Assembly: GCA_965207705.1 (NCBI GenBank)
Contig: OZ242292.1
Coordinates: 1,545,309 to 1,609,308 of the forward strand
DNA: 64,000 nt
Direction of reading: 5' to 3'
Source of the DNA: Gammaproteobacteria bacterium
Lineage (GTDB): Bacteria > Pseudomonadota > Gammaproteobacteria > CBDBNL01 > JAAOII01
Positions 8,592-17,612 of the stretch are shown here, piece by piece (within the stretch, counting starts at the first letter, position 1; each line of letters starts with the position of its first letter). The notes under the pieces are model-generated. The model was not told the origin of the DNA, searched no databases, and saw nothing but the letters and a program-made list of their open reading frames with translations. The position numbers were made by a program, and so were the translations under genes.

Positions 8592-9637
8592 ATAAAATTT
8601 TGTAATATTTGCAACATCTGCTTGGCATCTTTTGCTTGCGTACATATTTCATAAGGTGTCTTATATTTTGGCTGATTTGGCTGCTTTGCTGGGGCAGAAG
8701 CACGCGCACTAACCGCGGTGTAATACACAACATACCATTTTCTTAGCAGCCCCTGCAATTGAATTCTTTGGGTTGTAGTCCAACGACAGGCAGCAGTAAA
8801 ATCAAGTTGCCATTTTTCAATCTGTTGCGCCATTTCGTGTCCCTCATCAAACTCTTTGTTTGCTATGGCGCGCAGCTTGTCACTGATGATGTGCAGTTCA
8901 GGTATGCGTTCCATTAGCAGAGGGATTATTCTTTTTTGCATTAACGCTGGCTTTGTGGGTAGATTATCAGCGTTATCTGATACCACCTTATACAAGTGCA
9001 CCAGTTCGTTCGGACTAAACAAACAGGCGGTTGGGAAGAAGCCGGCGCTTTCCATATCTATGATGTTTGTGTCAATTTTAATCCCTGCAGGGTCGCTAAG
9101 CTTGTCATCGCCATCTATGCTCCCGCCCCCATCTCCATTACCCCCATTCATGTTATTCCCTCCATCTATGCCATCTGCCATATCTACACCACCCCCCTGA
9201 CGCGGATATTCGCGTTGAGATGTAGCATGGCATTCAATAGTTGCAGATGCAGAGTAGGGTAGCCGTAGCGGATAATAATTATTTCCGTTACTTATGTCAA
9301 TTATTTTATGGACTAATAGCCCTTGCCCCAGCGGATAATTATGATGACCGCAGGTGCCAAAATTAATCCATATTGTGGGTGGTGTCGCTTGAGCCCGCAA
9401 GGGAATTATTTTACTTGCCAAGTAAGAGGTAGCTGCAGCGCTGCGAACCTTCCCCATGCCGCTTACCACTAAGAAGTAATTTTGTTGTTCGCAGTAGTAA
9501 AGAGGAAAGGGGGCGGACTCCAATTGAGTAAATTTCCAGCGGTCAAGTAGCGGACGGGCTTCAGCTGCTAGGGCTATAACATAGCAAATTGGGATTAGTG
9601 AGCTAGATGGGCTAGGTGAGCTAGGTAGGTTAGGCAT
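8573..9637 (-). CDS. PNP/MTAN-family nucleosidase-like protein with a G/N/D-rich insertion and an ~120 aa C-terminal extension
   Basis: The N-terminus ICYVIALAAEARPLL and the later IDMESAGFF...VVSDNADN resemble MTA/SAH nucleosidase (PNP_UDP_1) motifs. It overlaps the GT2 gene by 8 nt. Confidence 0.6.
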   Translation of the reverse strand: MPNLPSSPSPSSSLIPICYVIALAAEARPLLDRWKFTQLESAPFPLYYCEQQNYFLVVSGMGKVRSAAATSYLASKIIPLRAQATPPTIWINFGTCGHHNYPLGQGLLVHKIIDISNGNNYYPLRLPYSASATIECHATSQREYPRQGGGVDMADGIDGGNNMNGGNGDGGGSIDGDDKLSDPAGIKIDTNIIDMESAGFFPTACLFSPNELVHLYKVVSDNADNLPTKPALMQKRIIPLLMERIPELHIISDKLRAIANKEFDEGHEMAQQIEKWQLDFTAACRWTTTQRIQLQGLLRKWYVVYYTAVSARASAPAKQPNQPKYKTPYEICTQAKDAKQMLQILQNFIQKVNG

Positions 9638-10544
9638 CTTGCTTATGTAATTGTTGAATTTGCTCTTGATAATAATTTAGATGTTGTTGTTTGCCGCGTT
9701 TACGCGCTCCAATGGATAATATTTCCAGCCGTTTTTGCAACGCATTTTTTGTTGCCAGCCGATAATCAGCAGTAAGTTCGGATTGTAGCAGCATCTTTTT
9801 CAAGGCATAACAGCGAAACCTGTCCATGCCCCAATATTTGCGCGACAGCTGGTCGGCATGCCCGCCCCTTTTCAGCGTCAATTTTTTAGGGACAAACAGC
9901 ACATTTTCATAAGCGCAAATTCTCAGCCACATATCATAATCTTCACACACTGGCATCTTTTCATCAAATAATCCATATTTGTCAAACACCTCGCGTTGCA
10001 TAAGGACAGTAGAGGGCGATATGCAACACAGTTCCAGGCATTTTTCATAAATTCTGCCACCACTCTTGCGATGTTTTAGATGTGGATTAACATGCTCGCC
10101 ATGGCGTCGCCATTTTTCGTCTGTATGACATATCAAAGGATTCATTAAGGGATTCATTAAAGAATTCATTCTTTGTTGCGTCTCATGCTTGATAAGTTCG
10201 GCTTGCTTCTCCATCTTGCGTGGCAGCCATTCATCATCGTCGTCCAGAAAAGCCAACCAAGGTTCACAAGAGTGCTTAATTCCTGTATTGCGTGAGGCGC
10301 TAATACCACGTCCTTCAGATGGCATAGTGGTTATGTTGATGGGCTTGCCACTGTCGGGATGCTTGGGAATTGGTGCGCCCACTCCCTTCCCCTCACCATA
10401 AGGGTAATCATAAACTACGAGAATCTCTGTTGGTGGCAGGGTTTGTTGCATCACAGAAGTTAAAGCCATTTTCAAAAAATTTGCGCGTCCTTGATTGCTC
10501 TCTTCTTTAGATGATACGGTGGTTATTATCGCACTATATAGCAT
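9630..10544 (-). CDS. Family 2 glycosyltransferase
   Basis: GT-A fold signatures (ILVVYDY ... LAFLDDDDEW DxD motif). Contains the repeat insertion MNSLMNPLMNPL. Confidence 0.7.
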   Translation of the reverse strand: MLYSAIITTVSSKEESNQGRANFLKMALTSVMQQTLPPTEILVVYDYPYGEGKGVGAPIPKHPDSGKPINITTMPSEGRGISASRNTGIKHSCEPWLAFLDDDDEWLPRKMEKQAELIKHETQQRMNSLMNPLMNPLICHTDEKWRRHGEHVNPHLKHRKSGGRIYEKCLELCCISPSTVLMQREVFDKYGLFDEKMPVCEDYDMWLRICAYENVLFVPKKLTLKRGGHADQLSRKYWGMDRFRCYALKKMLLQSELTADYRLATKNALQKRLEILSIGARKRGKQQHLNYYQEQIQQLHKQDA

Positions 10545-10834
10545 TGCATTGAATTATATAGCATTGAATTATTTTAGTAAGTTTTTTAGGAATAATGGCA
10601 AATACGCTTTATTTTATCCTATAATTTCAATAATGAGTTTGTCAAAAAATTAGGCGAGGTTTTATTTAACCCTCTACCTGACGGGGTAAACCATGACGGG
10701 GTATATGGGGATATAGTGGGGGATATATACGCGAAGACGTATAGAAAGTGTATGGAGAGTATACGGGAAATATATCTCGTCTTCCACAATAGTTAAGTTA
10801 AAACAACAGAGTATCTCTTTAGCAGAAAAATTAT

Positions 10835-12352
10835 ATGGCAAGGCAATCAATTAAACTATCAGCGAGTTCCAAATTGCAGGGTGACCAGGCGGCTATTATC
10901 ATCCTTAAGCAAGAAGGCGAACAACATAACGAATTAAGCAAGAAGCAAAACAAAACCGCTAAGCAAAGCAAAAGTGCCGCCACCAGTGCTTGCCCGACTT
11001 GGTTGTATAACCAACTGAGCACAGCGGCGTGCAAGTCGCTTGATGAACTTGCAAGCAGCAACAATAGCAGATTTGGTGAAGTGTGGCATCTTTCAGACAA
11101 CTTAACAGTTATATCTTGCGGCGAGAAGCCGCTAACCGAGCTAGCCCTTAGCAAATTGGCTATTCCTCTCAGAACTGCCCTGCGTCAAACTCATGCGAAT
11201 AAGGCGCAAATATTCACAGATTATTCTTCGTCCGTGTTGGACGCTATTTGTTTGGCAGCCGCAGCTTCCAGCTACACTTATGATGACTTTAAATCCAAGA
11301 AGAGCACATCACCTGTCCCAAGCAATCTAACTATTTTACATCCACAACCCGAGCTAATCAAACCAAGATTACAGCAGTTACAGGGGATTGCTCAGGGTAT
11401 AGTGCTGGCAAAAGACCTAGCCAATTCTCCTCCGAACCACTGCACTCCGCCGCATCTGGCAGACCAAGGCAGGCAGTTGGCGCATCAGTATAAAAAAATC
11501 TCATGCAAGGTGCTTGGTGAAAAGCAACTGCAGCAGCTTAACATGAATGCCTATCTGGCGGTTACTCAAGGGAGCTCCTACCCTCCTCAGCTGGTAATTA
11601 TGGAATACAAGGGGACTAAAGCATCAACCCCGCCTGTGGTTTTGGTTGGCAAGGGGATGACTTTTGATACTGGTGGCATCAGCATCAAGCCCTCGGGCAA
11701 GATGGATGAAATGAAGTATGACATGTGCGGCGCCGCTTCGGTGTTTGGCACAATGAAAGCGCTGGCAGAATTGGGGTTGCCAATTAATGTTGTAGGCATG
11801 GCAGTGGGTGCTGAGAATTCGGTGGACGCCAAGTCCTATCGTCCTGGCGACATACTCTCAACCATGTCTGGCAAGTCGGTGGAAGTCCTCAATACAGATG
11901 CGGAAGGGCGTTTGGTGTTGTGCGACACCCTAACCTATGTAGCTAAAAAATATAGCCCACGTTGTGTTATAGACATAGCCACATTAACAGGGGCTTGTGT
12001 CATAGCCCTCGGACATCTCAGAAGCGGGATGTTTGCCAACGATGATGCGTTAGCGCGCCAAATAGAAAATGCCGCCAATCTAACCCGTGATTTGGTTTGG
12101 CGTTTGCCTATGGATAAGGCATATATGGAGGATATGAAAAGTAACTTTGCCGACATCGCCAATGTGGGCAATCGTTCTGCAGGCACTATCACCGCCGCAG
12201 GTTTTTTGGCAGAGTTTGCTCAAGCATACCCCTGGGTTCATCTTGATATAGCCGGCACTGCTTGGCTTGAGGGAGCAAGAAAAGGAGCTACTGGACGACC
12301 TGTTCCTTTGTTAACTCAATTTCTGATTTCGGCTTGCAATGAAAAAATCTGA
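10835..12352 (+). CDS. pepA: Leucyl aminopeptidase (cytosol aminopeptidase)
   Basis: NTDAEGRL signature, VGKGMTFDTGGISIKP and MKYDMCGAA, which are M17 peptidase motifs. Length 505 aa. Confidence 0.9.
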   Translation: MARQSIKLSASSKLQGDQAAIIILKQEGEQHNELSKKQNKTAKQSKSAATSACPTWLYNQLSTAACKSLDELASSNNSRFGEVWHLSDNLTVISCGEKPLTELALSKLAIPLRTALRQTHANKAQIFTDYSSSVLDAICLAAAASSYTYDDFKSKKSTSPVPSNLTILHPQPELIKPRLQQLQGIAQGIVLAKDLANSPPNHCTPPHLADQGRQLAHQYKKISCKVLGEKQLQQLNMNAYLAVTQGSSYPPQLVIMEYKGTKASTPPVVLVGKGMTFDTGGISIKPSGKMDEMKYDMCGAASVFGTMKALAELGLPINVVGMAVGAENSVDAKSYRPGDILSTMSGKSVEVLNTDAEGRLVLCDTLTYVAKKYSPRCVIDIATLTGACVIALGHLRSGMFANDDALARQIENAANLTRDLVWRLPMDKAYMEDMKSNFADIANVGNRSAGTITAAGFLAEFAQAYPWVHLDIAGTAWLEGARKGATGRPVPLLTQFLISACNEKI

Positions 12353-14414
12353 TTTATCACTTGCTCATCCAATAAGGATGTTGGCGGCAGATGCGGTCCA
12401 ACGTGCCTCATCGGGACATCCTGGCATGCCAATGGGCATGGCTGATATCGCCACAGTTTTATGGCGTGAGTTTCTGGCGCATAATCCCACCGACCCTAAC
12501 TGGCATAACCGCGACAGGTTCATTCTTTCCAACGGGCATGGTTCAATGCTGCAATATGCTTTACTTCATCTTAGTGGTTATGACCTCAGTATGGAAGAGA
12601 TTAAAAACTTTCGCCAGATGAATTCACAAACTCCTGGCCATCCCGAATTAGAAACAGTAGGGGTGGAAACCACCACAGGTCCTTTAGGGCATGGTTTGGC
12701 AAACGCGGTTGGCATGGCTCTTGCCGAACGTAATCTTGCTGCAGAGTTCAATCTCCCAGAACTTAATATAGTATCCCACTTCACTTATGTATTTGCCGGC
12801 GATGGTTGTCTTATGGAAGGTCTATCCCATGAGGCGTGCTCTTTGGCAGGGACTCAACGGCTCAACAAGCTAATTTGCTTTTTTGATGATAACGGAATTT
12901 CCATAGACGGCGAGGTTAGTGGCTGGTGTAGTGATGATGTGGCAAAAAGATTTGATGCTTATAACTGGAATGTCCTGGGTCCCATAGACGGACATGACCA
13001 TGAGCAAATTAGGAAGGCAATTACCTCTGCTCAACAAAGTGATAAGCCATCATTAATTATCTGTAAGACGCATATAGGTTATGGTTCGCCGAATAAAGCG
13101 GACAAGGCGGCAGCGCATGGTGCGCCCTTAGGCGACGAAGAAATAGCTCTTATGCGTAGTAACCTTGATTGGCAGCACGAGCCATTTGTGATAACGGATG
13201 AAATATATCAGGCATGGAATATGCGCGACAAGGGCAAAAAGGCGCAGCAACAATGGGAAGATTTGTATGCCAAGTATAGTTCCGCTCACCCCACTAAAGC
13301 GAAAGAATATACAAGAAGATTAAGCGGGCAAATGCCGCATGATTTTACTAACAAGGCGCAGGACTTTATTATTAGCCAGCATAAATCAGCTGCCTCAGTG
13401 GCTAGCCGTCAGTCGTCCTTACAAGCCATTAATAACTTGCTCCCTTCATTGCCTGAGTTGCTCGGCGGTTCGGCAGATCTTAGCGGCTCCAACTGCACGC
13501 TCAGTGATTCATCTGTTGCTATAAGTGATAATGGCAAACCCGGCAACTATATCTATTATGGAGTGCGTGAGTTAGCGATGAGCTCAATAATGAATGGTAT
13601 TGCCTTACATGGCGGATATATTCCTTATGGCGGCACCTTTTTAGTATTTTTAGATTACTCGCGTAGCGCGGTGCGTTTGGCGGCTTTGATGCGCCAGAAG
13701 GTCATTTTTATTTTTAGCCATGATTCAATCGGCGTGGGCGAGGATGGACCTACCCATCAACCAATAGAACATCTAACAATGCTACGTGCCACTCCAGGAA
13801 TTGATGTGTGGCGTCCAGCGGATACTGTTGAGTGCGCGGTTGCTTGGACAGAATCCCTGCAAAAATCATCTCCCAGTACTTTAATACTATCGCGTCAGAA
13901 TCTTGAATTTCAGTCGCGTGATGAATCACAACTTGAAGATATTGCTAAAGGCGGCTATGTTTTAGTTGCCGGGGGGAATAATCAGGAGGGGAATAATCAA
14001 GGAGGCAACAATAAGGGCTACAATCAAGGCAACAATAATGATGAGCCAGCAGCCATAGTTATTGCCACTGGTTCCGAATTAGGCGCAGCCCGTCAGGCAG
14101 TGGAACAACATAATAAAGAGGACCTAACAAAAGGAGGCAACAAGCAAGTAAGGTTGGTATCCATGCCTTGTTGTGAAGTATTTGATGCCCAGTCGCCTGA
14201 ATATCGCGATAAGGTTTTACCGCCAAAGATTGTCAAACGTTTGGCAATAGAAGCGGCAATGCCAGATTACTGGCATCGTTACATTGGGTTGCAAGGCGAG
14301 ATTATAGGGATTAACTCCTTTGGTAAATCAGCGCCTGCTAGTGAATTATTTGAGCATTTCGGGCTCACCGCCAAACATATCTACAACAAGATTACTGCGT
14401 TTATTCACCAATAG
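12339..14414 (+). CDS. tkt: Transketolase with in-frame N/G/Q-rich insertions
   Basis: Full-length collinearity with TktA (SGHPGMPMGMADIA, GDGCLMEG, HDSIGVGEDGPTHQP), plus an inserted GGNNQEGNNQGGNNKGYNQGNNNDE segment. Confidence 0.9.
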   Translation: MKKSDLSLAHPIRMLAADAVQRASSGHPGMPMGMADIATVLWREFLAHNPTDPNWHNRDRFILSNGHGSMLQYALLHLSGYDLSMEEIKNFRQMNSQTPGHPELETVGVETTTGPLGHGLANAVGMALAERNLAAEFNLPELNIVSHFTYVFAGDGCLMEGLSHEACSLAGTQRLNKLICFFDDNGISIDGEVSGWCSDDVAKRFDAYNWNVLGPIDGHDHEQIRKAITSAQQSDKPSLIICKTHIGYGSPNKADKAAAHGAPLGDEEIALMRSNLDWQHEPFVITDEIYQAWNMRDKGKKAQQQWEDLYAKYSSAHPTKAKEYTRRLSGQMPHDFTNKAQDFIISQHKSAASVASRQSSLQAINNLLPSLPELLGGSADLSGSNCTLSDSSVAISDNGKPGNYIYYGVRELAMSSIMNGIALHGGYIPYGGTFLVFLDYSRSAVRLAALMRQKVIFIFSHDSIGVGEDGPTHQPIEHLTMLRATPGIDVWRPADTVECAVAWTESLQKSSPSTLILSRQNLEFQSRDESQLEDIAKGGYVLVAGGNNQEGNNQGGNNKGYNQGNNNDEPAAIVIATGSELGAARQAVEQHNKEDLTKGGNKQVRLVSMPCCEVFDAQSPEYRDKVLPPKIVKRLAIEAAMPDYWHRYIGLQGEIIGINSFGKSAPASELFEHFGLTAKHIYNKITAFIHQ

Positions 14415-14415
14415 A

Positions 14416-14510
14416 GAGAAGCACATATAAGGGGGGTAATAATATAAGGGGGGTAATAATAGAAGAGGGGATAATAATAGAAGAGGGGATAATAAAGCCA
14501 TCCCCCCTCC
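14416..14510. repeat. Intergenic tandem repeats (ATAAGGGGGGTAATAAT x2; AGAAGAGGGGATAATAAT x2)
   Basis: Direct reading between the convergent tkt and trmB genes. Ends with a GGGG...CCCCCC inverted segment. Confidence 0.85.
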
Positions 14511-14522
14511 TTATGCCCACAT

Positions 14523-15272
14523 TTATATCTTCTTGAATAGCATCTCGTAGATATTCCTGCTACTATTCATTGCCTTCTGCTCAAAATTAGTGACAATCCT
14601 ATCTAACTGCCTCCCCGCTGCATAGCCAGGGAAGAGGTTTTTCAGTTTAGGACATCTTTCCAATACCTCAAGAATTTCTTCGGCATACTCATCCCAATCA
14701 GTGGCAACATGCAGGATTCCGTCTACCTTCATCTTCTTGACGAGGACATTAATAAAATCAGATCTAAGCATTCTTCGTTTATGGTGGCGCTTTTTAGGCC
14801 AGGGGTCGGGGAACAAAATCTTGACTTCATCCAGAATATTATCTGTAAACATATCAGGGATTACATCCACCGCATCGGCTTGCACAAGACAAATATTTTT
14901 AATGTCTTGTGCTTCCACTTCTCGCAAAACAGTGGAGACGCCGCTGCTATAGACATCAATACCTATAAATAAATCACGAGGTTTTTTAATAGCTTCATCA
15001 ATTAGAACCTCGCCTTTGCCAAAACCAATTTCCAGTACTAATCTCGCAGGACTTGTGTCTGGTTGTATAGCGGAATTCCAATCGGTTTTATCTTCCTCAA
15101 CGCTTATTAGCCCTGGTGCTTGCCTAATGTCAAATACCTTAAGCCAGTCAACTGGATTTTCCTGATAAGGAATAATAATGCTTACGCCTTTTTCAGCAAT
15201 TGTTTGTTGCTGTTGTTTTAACCCTCTTTCTCGCAGGGTATAACTTCGTCTTACACGAAATAATCTACTCAT
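14523..15272 (-). CDS. trmB: tRNA (guanine46-N7)-methyltransferase
   Basis: LEIGFGKGE SAM motif and FPDPWPKKRHHKRR, the characteristic TrmB motif. Confidence 0.85.
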   Translation of the reverse strand: MSRLFRVRRSYTLRERGLKQQQQTIAEKGVSIIIPYQENPVDWLKVFDIRQAPGLISVEEDKTDWNSAIQPDTSPARLVLEIGFGKGEVLIDEAIKKPRDLFIGIDVYSSGVSTVLREVEAQDIKNICLVQADAVDVIPDMFTDNILDEVKILFPDPWPKKRHHKRRMLRSDFINVLVKKMKVDGILHVATDWDEYAEEILEVLERCPKLKNLFPGYAAGRQLDRIVTNFEQKAMNSSRNIYEMLFKKI

Positions 15273-15385
15273 AATAAATAGTAATTGTTATTCTAATTTC
15301 CTAAATCCTTGACTAATATTTTCTTATGAAAATAAATCTTGGGTCTAAGTTAATTTGTTTTGTCTAAAATGAATATGAAATATAA

Positions 15386-16108
15386 TTAATCCCCATTGCT
15401 ATTGACATTTATACGTTCATCAAAAACAAAGCAATTTCCTTGCCACAGATTGTCGCTTTTCTTAACCTTCTGCATATACCCAAGTATCCCGCTGTTAAGT
15501 TGATAAACCTGTTTTATTCCTTGATGTAACATGTAATTGGCAAGTTTTTCGCAACGAATTCCTCCGGTGCAAAATATTGCAATTGGTTTGTCTTTTAATT
15601 TTTCTTTATGTTTATTCACATACTCCGCCATCTCACTAAAGTAATTCACACGTGGATTGATTGCATTTGGGAAACTTCCCATTTCACATTCAAAATTATT
15701 ACGTGTGTCAAGTACAATAGTGTTCTCATCCTCTATGAGATTATTCCACTCTTGTGGATTTAATCTCTTAGTCATCCTCCCATGTGGGGTTAGCTCTTTA
15801 TCAGGAACATTCCCCGCGGAACGGAAAGTTATTATTTCTTTTTTACATTTAATTTTCATCCTCCTAAATGGTATATTCTCAATTTTTTTCTTTTTTATAT
15901 CCATATTAGTAAACCTTTTATCCTTAGTAAAAAAGTTAACTACTGCAGATAATTGCTTCTCTTCGCCAGCTAAAGACACGTTTACGCCCTCAGGTGACAA
16001 AATTATGGTTCCCCGCAGTGAAGTACATAGCTTCTCCAAGGAGGGCTTCCAGCATTTATACTCTATAAAGTCCGCAAAGCAATAAAAAGAAATGAGATTA
16101 ATATCCAT
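15386..16108 (-). CDS. trhO: Rhodanese-domain tRNA uridine(34) hydroxylase-like protein (TrhO/YceA family)
   Basis: CTGGIRCEK rhodanese active-site loop and NCFVFDER near the C-terminus, matching the YceA/TrhO family. Lacks the Cys-rich tail of E. coli YceA. Confidence 0.7.
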   Translation of the reverse strand: MDINLISFYCFADFIEYKCWKPSLEKLCTSLRGTIILSPEGVNVSLAGEEKQLSAVVNFFTKDKRFTNMDIKKKKIENIPFRRMKIKCKKEIITFRSAGNVPDKELTPHGRMTKRLNPQEWNNLIEDENTIVLDTRNNFECEMGSFPNAINPRVNYFSEMAEYVNKHKEKLKDKPIAIFCTGGIRCEKLANYMLHQGIKQVYQLNSGILGYMQKVKKSDNLWQGNCFVFDERINVNSNGD

Positions 16109-16187
16109 TGTTATTTATAGTATAAACAAAAATCTATCTATTTACTATATTATTGCTTAATATCTTATAAAATATATTACTCTAAAT

Positions 16188-17612
16188 ATGGTTAGTATCA
16201 ACAAAATTCCGGATTTACGCTTTTTTGCTAAAGCAAAAGTTATCGTTGCAGGCGATATCCTGCTTGACCGCTATTTCAAAGGCAAGGTATCACGCATTTC
16301 TCCAGAGGCGCCTGTTCCAGTAGTCCATGTTGATAACAAAGAGAATCGCTTAGGCGGAGCAGCAAACGTGGCATTAAATCTTAACGGGTGGGGCATTAAA
16401 CCTCAGCTTTTTGGCGTTATTGGCAAGGACCGTGAAGGCACAACTATCCGCCAGCTAATTAAGCAAAGCAATATTAAAGATAACTTAACCGTAACTGCCA
16501 AATCTATCACCACCACTAAGCTTAGAGTAGTTTCTTCACAACAATTAATAAGGTTGGATTTTGAAGATGATTTAAGTGCAGAGGCGGGGCGCATGAATAA
16601 ATCATTGTTAAAGAAATTAAGATTTGCCGACTTATTAATTCTTTCGGATTATAACAAGGGTTCTTTAGCAGATATAGAGCCAATAATTGCTGCTGCTAAA
16701 AAGCAGGGTGCTTTTGTTATTATTGACCCTAAAAGAAAAGATTTTTTGCCTTATAAAGGGGCTGATGTACTCACTCCTAACTATGCAGAGTTTGTGGCAG
16801 TTGCTGGAGATTGCGGCGATGAGCAAGAGTTTCTGTCTAAGGCACGCAATATGGTTAAACAGCTCAAATTAAAGGCGTTATTGATTACTCGCGGCTCTGA
16901 TGGAATGTCCTTGGTCCTGCAGGATCGCACTTACAATATTCCAGCCCAAGTCCGAGAGGTTTATGATGTTACGGGTGCCGGAGATACAGTAGTTGCGGTT
17001 CTTGGTGCTGCTATAAGCGCAGGGGTGAAACTATATGAGGCAACAGAATTGGCAAGCATAGCCGCGGGCATAAGTATTACTAAAGCTGGGACTGGAGTTA
17101 TTGGCTATGATGATGTTGTCCGCCCTTTGATGAATGAAGTACCGTATCTGTCCGCTGATGAGTTGGTTAAGCAAATCAATATAGAACGTTCCAAAGGGCA
17201 CAAAATAGTTTTTACTAACGGAGTTTTTGATATTCTTCATCCTGGACATGTTAGGTATTTACGTGAAGCGGCACAGCTTGGCGATAGATTAGTGGTGGCG
17301 ATTAATGATGATAAATCGGTGCGCAAAATTAAAGGAAAAAATCGTCCGATAAATAATTTGCACACTCGGGCTGAAATGCTAAAGGGTTTGCGTCAAGTTG
17401 ATTGGGTAGTGCCTTTTAGCGAGAAGTCACCAGAGGTTTTATTGCACAAAATCAAGCCCGATCTATTAGTTAAGGGAGGTGATTATAAAAAAAGAACCGA
17501 TATATTGGGTTATGATATAGTAGAATCTTACGGAGGTAAGGTTAAAATTCTTTCCCATACTTCTGATATGTCTACAACTTCTATAATAGCCAAGATTAAA
17601 AAATCTAAATAA
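16188..17612 (+). CDS. hldE: Bifunctional D-beta-D-heptose 7-phosphate kinase / D-beta-D-heptose 1-phosphate adenylyltransferase
   Basis: N-terminal ribokinase-like domain (GDILLDRY, VTGAGDT) and C-terminal cytidylyltransferase domain (FTNGVFDILHPGHV). Confidence 0.9.
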   Translation: MVSINKIPDLRFFAKAKVIVAGDILLDRYFKGKVSRISPEAPVPVVHVDNKENRLGGAANVALNLNGWGIKPQLFGVIGKDREGTTIRQLIKQSNIKDNLTVTAKSITTTKLRVVSSQQLIRLDFEDDLSAEAGRMNKSLLKKLRFADLLILSDYNKGSLADIEPIIAAAKKQGAFVIIDPKRKDFLPYKGADVLTPNYAEFVAVAGDCGDEQEFLSKARNMVKQLKLKALLITRGSDGMSLVLQDRTYNIPAQVREVYDVTGAGDTVVAVLGAAISAGVKLYEATELASIAAGISITKAGTGVIGYDDVVRPLMNEVPYLSADELVKQINIERSKGHKIVFTNGVFDILHPGHVRYLREAAQLGDRLVVAINDDKSVRKIKGKNRPINNLHTRAEMLKGLRQVDWVVPFSEKSPEVLLHKIKPDLLVKGGDYKKRTDILGYDIVESYGGKVKILSHTSDMSTTSIIAKIKKSK

